Positions 44,563 through 48,711 of a DNA stretch of 48,711 nucleotides are shown here, piece after piece. Both the position numbers and the translations under genes were made by a program. The notes below the pieces were generated by a model. That model had not been told where the DNA came from and did not search any database. It saw nothing but the letters and a program-made list of their open reading frames with translations. Numbering within the stretch: position 1 is the first letter of the stretch; the number at the start of each line of letters is the position of its first letter. Source of the DNA: Betaproteobacteria bacterium (GTDB lineage: Bacteria; Pseudomonadota; Gammaproteobacteria; Burkholderiales; Burkholderiaceae_C); assembly GCA_031411575.1 (NCBI GenBank), contig JANOBJ010000016.1, positions 1 through 48,711 on the forward strand, in the 5' to 3' direction.

Positions 44563-45467
44563 TTGACCTGGCCTGCGTCGGCCATGCGGCCGTGGACCAC
44601 CACTTCGAGATCGAGGCGTTCCCGACGCGCCCGACCAAGACACCCGCCACGGCGTACCACCACATCGTTGGCGGCATGGCCGCCAACGCGGCGGTGGCAG
44701 CCACGCGGCTGGGCGGGCGCGTCCGGCTGCTCGGCCGGGTCGGCGACGACGAGGCGGGCCGGTTTGTGCGAGCTGAACTGGCGGCACTGGGCGTGGCGGA
44801 CGTTCAGCTGGAGGCAGTGGCCGGCGCCGCAACCTCGGTCTCGTCGGTGGTGGTGGACGCGCACGGCGAACGCCAGGTCTTCAACCACCGCGGCAGTGCG
44901 CTCACGCGCGCGCATCCGCTCAATGTGGTGCAACTGGCGGGCGCACGGGCGCTGCTGGTTGATCCGCGCTGGTCGGCCGGCGCCACTGCCGCGCTGCGCT
45001 GGGCCCGCGCGCAAGGTATTTTCTCGATGCTGGACGCCGACGTGGCCCCCCTGGCTGACTTGCAGGCGATGGTGCCGCTGGCGCAGTGGGCGGTGTTTTC
45101 AGAGCCGGGGCTGGCTGCGTTTGCGCCGGGCGCGCCGCAGGAAGATGCCTTGCACCTGGCGGTGCAGTCAGGCGCGGCCGTGGCGATGGTCACACTGGGC
45201 GAACGCGGCGTGCTGTGGACGCACGGCGCCAGCAAGGGTGGGCTGATGCAGCGGGTGCCCGGCTACCGGGTGAAGGCGACCGACACCACCGGCGCCGGTG
45301 ACGTGTTCCATGCCGCTCTGGCGCTCGCGCTGGGCCGGGGCCAGGCGGAGGACGCGGCGGTGCGTTGGGCTTGTGCCGCGGCCGCACTCAAGTGCAGCCG
45401 CGGGCCCGGCGTGCTGGGCACCCCGACGGCACCCGAAATCGCCGAATTCATGACCAAATTCGCCTGA
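44559..45467 (+). CDS. PfkB-family carbohydrate/ribokinase-like kinase
   Basis: 'GGMAANAA.A..RLGG' and PfkB signature 'DTTGAGDVFHAA'. ATGA overlap with the nuclease gene. Confidence 0.85.
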   Translation: MIDLACVGHAAVDHHFEIEAFPTRPTKTPATAYHHIVGGMAANAAVAATRLGGRVRLLGRVGDDEAGRFVRAELAALGVADVQLEAVAGAATSVSSVVVDAHGERQVFNHRGSALTRAHPLNVVQLAGARALLVDPRWSAGATAALRWARAQGIFSMLDADVAPLADLQAMVPLAQWAVFSEPGLAAFAPGAPQEDALHLAVQSGAAVAMVTLGERGVLWTHGASKGGLMQRVPGYRVKATDTTGAGDVFHAALALALGRGQAEDAAVRWACAAAALKCSRGPGVLGTPTAPEIAEFMTKFA

Positions 45468-45512
45468 TGTGCAGGCGGGTTGGTCATTTGTTGCTATTAT
45501 ATTAATAGCATT
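45450..45512 (-). repeat. Family-A repeat copy A8, overlapping the last codons and stop of the PfkB kinase gene
   Basis: Reverse complement is ATGCTATTAATATAATAGCAACAAATGACCAACCCGCCTGCACATCAGGCGAATTTGGTCA. Confidence 0.8.
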
Positions 45513-45515
45513 CTG

Positions 45516-45536
45516 AAAAACGCGGCCGGAGCCGCG
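45516..45536 (-). terminator. Rho-independent terminator of the BON-domain gene (minus strand)
   Basis: On the minus strand, CGCGGC-TCCG-GCCGCG followed by TTTTT, 5 nt after the stop codon at 45542-45544. Confidence 0.65.
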
Positions 45537-45541
45537 AACGA

Positions 45542-45868
45542 TCAGGGGCGAACGGTCAGGCTGTTGCGAACTTCACGCACGCCCTTGGCGTTGCGCGCGA
45601 TCACTTCGGCCTGCGATTTCTCGGCGGACGACTTGGCAAAGCCCGACAGCGACACCGTACCGTTGAGCGTTTCCACCTTCACGGATGCGGCGTCCACGGT
45701 CTTGTCTTCGACAAACTTGGCCTTGATGGCCGTCGTGATCGTGGCGTCGTCAACGTAGGCGCCCACGGTCTGCTGGTCGCGTACGACTGCGCAGCCGGCG
45801 CCCACCAGGGTGATGCCGACCAAAGTGGCGACGGCGAGGGTACGGGCGATGTGGCGAGTGGTTTTCAT
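45542..45868 (-). CDS. BON-domain lipoprotein (OsmY-like)
   Basis: Lipobox 'LVGAGC'. BON pattern 'VKVETLNGTVSLSGFAKSSAEKSQAEVIARNAKGVREVRNSL'. Start set at the internal ATG ('MKTTRHI'). Confidence 0.82.
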   Translation of the reverse strand: MKTTRHIARTLAVATLVGITLVGAGCAVVRDQQTVGAYVDDATITTAIKAKFVEDKTVDAASVKVETLNGTVSLSGFAKSSAEKSQAEVIARNAKGVREVRNSLTVRP

Positions 45869-45980
45869 GGGGTTTTCCTTCTGGATATCGGTGCTGTGGG
45901 TATCGGACAAACCAATGCGCCGCACCACGCGCGCCGGTTTGATTGTTGAGAGGTGGTGGCCCGCACGGGCCGGGCAGCGC

Positions 45981-46403
45981 TCATGGACGACCTCCCGTTT
46001 CCATGTGGCGCCGGTCGCTGGCCAGTAGCGACATGAACAGACCGGGGATGGCGGGCGACTTCAACGCCGCCGCCACCAATGCACCGATCGACACCAGCCG
46101 CCAGGGCCGAAATACAACCAGCGCGGCGCCCAGGCCGGCCGCGATGCCGACCACTTGCAGCGGCCGCTCCTGCGCGTAGGCCGACAGCACGGGCTGCACC
46201 ACCTGTGCCGCCGTATGCGCCGGGTGGTTGCGCCACCAGGCGCCCAGCATGTCGCGCGCCACCGACCACCAGCCCGAACCGGGCAGGGCATCGTCACCCC
46301 GGGCTGACGTGCCGCGCCAGCCGCCCTGGCCCGAGGGCCGCTGCGTTTGCAGCCGGGCCATGATGGCCTGGCGGCTGGCCTGCAGGCGCTGCACGGGCGT
46401 CAT
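45981..46403 (-). CDS. Hypothetical membrane protein
   Basis: 140-aa ORF with an ATGA-type overlap to the upstream gene. Hydrophobic C-terminal half ('VVGIAAGLGAALVVF','LVSIGALVAAAL'). Confidence 0.5.
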   Translation of the reverse strand: MTPVQRLQASRQAIMARLQTQRPSGQGGWRGTSARGDDALPGSGWWSVARDMLGAWWRNHPAHTAAQVVQPVLSAYAQERPLQVVGIAAGLGAALVVFRPWRLVSIGALVAAALKSPAIPGLFMSLLASDRRHMETGGRP

Positions 46404-46771
46404 GTAGACACCCCCGCACGGCGCAGGCCCTCGGCATCAGCATCGAGCTGGGCCTTGAATTCAGCAAAGTAGGTGGTGGCCAGCGGGGCGCGCGCACGGC
46501 TCCAGGCCAGCAGGGCCAGCACCAGTGGCACGCCCGGCGCGACCAGCAAGACCCAGTGAAACTGGAGCAGGGCGCCGAACATCGCCGCCGTGCCGGCCAG
46601 CACCAGAAAGACCGCGAACGCCAGCAACGCCACCGCCCACGCCGCGCCCCGCTTGAGCGCATCCGAGCCCGCGCCGGCGGCTTCTTCGCGCAGCAGCGCG
46701 GCGTAGCCGGCAGCGTGCTCGAACGCCAGCTCGGGCCGGCTCAGCAACAGCGAGAAAAGCGGGTGTGCCAT
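46400..46771 (-). CDS. Phage-holin-like / DUF1469-type membrane protein
   Basis: 123 aa with two long TM segments ('AAWAVALLAFAVFLVLAGTAAMFGALL','VLLVAPGVPLVLALLAW'). Sits next to the DUF883 gene, as is typical for this stress cluster. Confidence 0.55.
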   Translation of the reverse strand: MAHPLFSLLLSRPELAFEHAAGYAALLREEAAGAGSDALKRGAAWAVALLAFAVFLVLAGTAAMFGALLQFHWVLLVAPGVPLVLALLAWSRARAPLATTYFAEFKAQLDADAEGLRRAGVST

Positions 46772-46811
46772 GGCGGTGGTGATGGTGGTCGTGCGTGGGG
46801 TCGCGCGTCGA

Positions 46812-47216
46812 TCAGTAGCGGGTGTGCATGCGGCTGCGTGAACTCATCACCAGCGCCGCCAGCCCTGCGCCAACGGCAGCGGCGATCAGCACCGATTTCA
46901 CCGGCTGCTCGCTCACGTAGCGGCCGGTGGCATCGGCGTAATGGTTCACTTGCGTGCGGGCTTTGGCGGTGGCGTCGGCAGCGGCGTGCAGGCCATGCTT
47001 GGCGATGTCCTGCGCGCGCACGGCGAAGCGGTCAATGCCGTTCTCCACCTGGTGGCGCAGGTCGCGCGCCGTGTCCTCGGCCTTGTCGAGCTGGGTGTGG
47101 GTGAATTCGCGGGTGCTTTCGAGCGCCTTGGCGGTCGATTCAACCGCGCTGTCGGCCATGCTGCGGACGGAGTTGGCGCTGGTGGGCATCAACGAGGGGC
47201 TGGTGGGGTTGTTCAT
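46812..47216 (-). CDS. DUF883 (ElaB/YqjD/YgaM-like) membrane-anchored stress protein
   Basis: Helical N-terminal region plus 'YVSEQPVKSVLIAAAVGAGLAALV' C-terminal anchor. Confidence 0.78.
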   Translation of the reverse strand: MNNPTSPSLMPTSANSVRSMADSAVESTAKALESTREFTHTQLDKAEDTARDLRHQVENGIDRFAVRAQDIAKHGLHAAADATAKARTQVNHYADATGRYVSEQPVKSVLIAAAVGAGLAALVMSSRSRMHTRY

Positions 47217-47288
47217 GGAAGCGGTCCTTGAGGGTTGGAGGGGTGGGCGGGCGGGGGAAAGTGGTTCAGGTGCGCCAATCGAGGCGCG

Positions 47289-47453
47289 TCAGTTCTTCTT
47301 GATCAGGCTGATGATGAAAGTCACCACCGCGATCACGGCAAAGATGACAAACAGGATCTTGGCGATTTCGACAGCGCCAGCAGCAATGCCGCCAAAGCCG
47401 AACACGGCCGCAATCAGCGCAATGACCAGGAACACGACGGAGTAATGCAACAT
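47289..47453 (-). CDS. DUF1328 (UPF0391) small membrane protein
   Basis: Found manually, because it is below the 60-aa ORF cutoff. '[54 protein letters not shown]', 54 aa, ATG at 47453 and TGA at 47289-47291. Confidence 0.75.
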   Translation of the reverse strand: MLHYSVVFLVIALIAAVFGFGGIAAGAVEIAKILFVIFAVIAVVTFIISLIKKN

Positions 47454-47701
47454 TTGGGTCTCCTTGCAGGGCGGTTCCCTGAAGTGGTGGCGTACGGGAT
47501 CGAAACGCCTGCGCCAAGGTTACGGGCCACCCCGGCTGTCAGGCAGCGGCGGCAGGCTTGTCCGGGTGTCGGTGCGCGTCACACCGGTATGTAGGAATAC
47601 GCCCACTCACGGGCGGCGCACGCGGCGCGCCGGCGGGCAGGGTCAGTGGGCGGGGTCAGTGAACGAGGGCAAGCGGATCAGGGCCGGCGAACGCGGCTGG
47701 A

Positions 47702-48711
47702 TCAGACCCGCTGTGTCGGCAGCGTGGCCACGATGCGCGTGCCGCGGCCCGGGGATGAGCGGATGGTCAGCCGGCCGCCCGCCGCTTCAACGCGGTGCCG
47801 CATGCCCGCCAGGCCGTGGGTGGTAGGGCGCTGCAGGGCAGGATCAAACCCCTTGCCGTCATCGTCGATCACCACCTCAACGTGGCCGCCCAGGCTCTGG
47901 ACGACGATGTTGGCGCGTTTGGCCCCGGCGTACTTGCCCAAATTGGTGAGCGACTCCTGCACCAGGCGGTACACCGTGAGCTGACGCGATTCGTCCAGCG
48001 CCACGTCGTCCAGCGCGGTGGAAACCTCCACCCCAGAGCGCTCGCCAAACTCGCGCGCCAGGATCTCCAGGCTCGGCACCAGCCCCAGGTTGGTCAGGGA
48101 CGACGGCCGCAGGTCTTCGATGATGCGCCGCTTGAGCGCAATCACACTGTTCAGCGTGTCGGTCAGATGCTGCAGGCGCAGCGCCACCTCGGGCGGCACC
48201 GGATTCAGCTTGGACCGTACCCGCGCCACGTCCAGCTTGGCAGCCGTGAGCAAGGCGCCCAGTTCGTCATGCAACTCGCGCGCCAGGTGACCACGCTCCT
48301 GCTCGCGCACCTCCTGCAGGTCGGTGGCCAGCTGTGCCAGGCTGGTCGTGCGTTCGCGCACCTCGTGTTCGAGTTGCGCGCGTTCGCGCTCCAGGCTGTC
48401 TTTCAGCCGCTGGTCAGCGCGGCGCAACCGGTGGGTCTGTCGCAAAAACACATACAGCGACAGCAGGCCCATCGCTGCCAGGATTCCCACGCCAATGCGG
48501 CCCACCGTGAGCGCGCTCAGCACGTCGCCGTGGTCGCGGTCGATCTCCTTTTCAGTCGAATCGGTAAGCGCGGCGATGTGGCCGCGAATTGCGTCCATGT
48601 AGTCCCTGCCCAGGTCGGTCTTGAGGACGTCTTTCCAGGCATCTGTTCGGCCGTCTTTTTGCAGTTGGATCGTCATGTCGGCCACCGCCAGCCGGCGCTG
48701 GATGGCGCGCG
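47702..48711 (-). CDS. Sensor histidine kinase (HisKA_3/NarX-type); N-terminus outside window
   Basis: H-box 'LARELHDELGALL', 'VQESLTNLGKYAGA', 'DDGKGFD', 'GLAGMRHRVEAAGG'. The frame stays open upstream of the GTG at 48685 to the window end. Confidence 0.85.
   Translation of the reverse strand, partial: RAIQRRLAVADMTIQLQKDGRTDAWKDVLKTDLGRDYMDAIRGHIAALTDSTEKEIDRDHGDVLSALTVGRIGVGILAAMGLLSLYVFLRQTHRLRRADQRLKDSLERERAQLEHEVRERTTSLAQLATDLQEVREQERGHLARELHDELGALLTAAKLDVARVRSKLNPVPPEVALRLQHLTDTLNSVIALKRRIIEDLRPSSLTNLGLVPSLEILAREFGERSGVEVSTALDDVALDESRQLTVYRLVQESLTNLGKYAGAKRANIVVQSLGGHVEVVIDDDGKGFDPALQRPTTHGLAGMRHRVEAAGGRLTIRSSPGRGTRIVATLPTQRV

Overview
This is a high-GC betaproteobacterial (Comamonadaceae-like) chromosomal segment, mostly housekeeping genes. 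They include a GlcD/GlcF-like oxidase, DUF971-ubiE-Tim44-ubiJ-ubiB, an SSS transporter, fmdB-DUF502-aspS, nudB-EEP-clsB, a ligase-associated exonuclease plus ATP-dependent ligase, folE-BLUF-DUF429, SulP, a sulfatase, a Bug receptor, Lhr, an SNase-like nuclease, a PfkB kinase, a membrane stress cluster and a histidine kinase. Two things stand out. (1) At 21.75-39.1 kb a visibly lower-GC block starts with a 520-bp AT-rich leader. It encodes 14 tightly packed co-directional genes: a 5-TM bis-His membrane protein, a 24-haem cytochrome, a 36-haem cytochrome, a 799-aa outer-membrane barrel with periplasmic domains, a complete System I ccmABCDEFGHI set, and a membrane-anchored ferredoxin-flavoprotein. 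I read this as a self-contained candidate extracellular electron-transfer module of a class that has barely been characterised. (2) A ~60-70 nt dispersed repeat with an AT-rich palindromic core occurs 9 times. Seven copies overlap coding sequence in frame, including inside the DNA ligase, at its stop codon, and as the signal peptide of the nuclease. Some copies have mutations that specifically remove stop codons. No tRNA, rRNA, CRISPR array, transposase or integrase was seen. All motif and haem counts are manual, and repeat boundaries are good to within a few nt.
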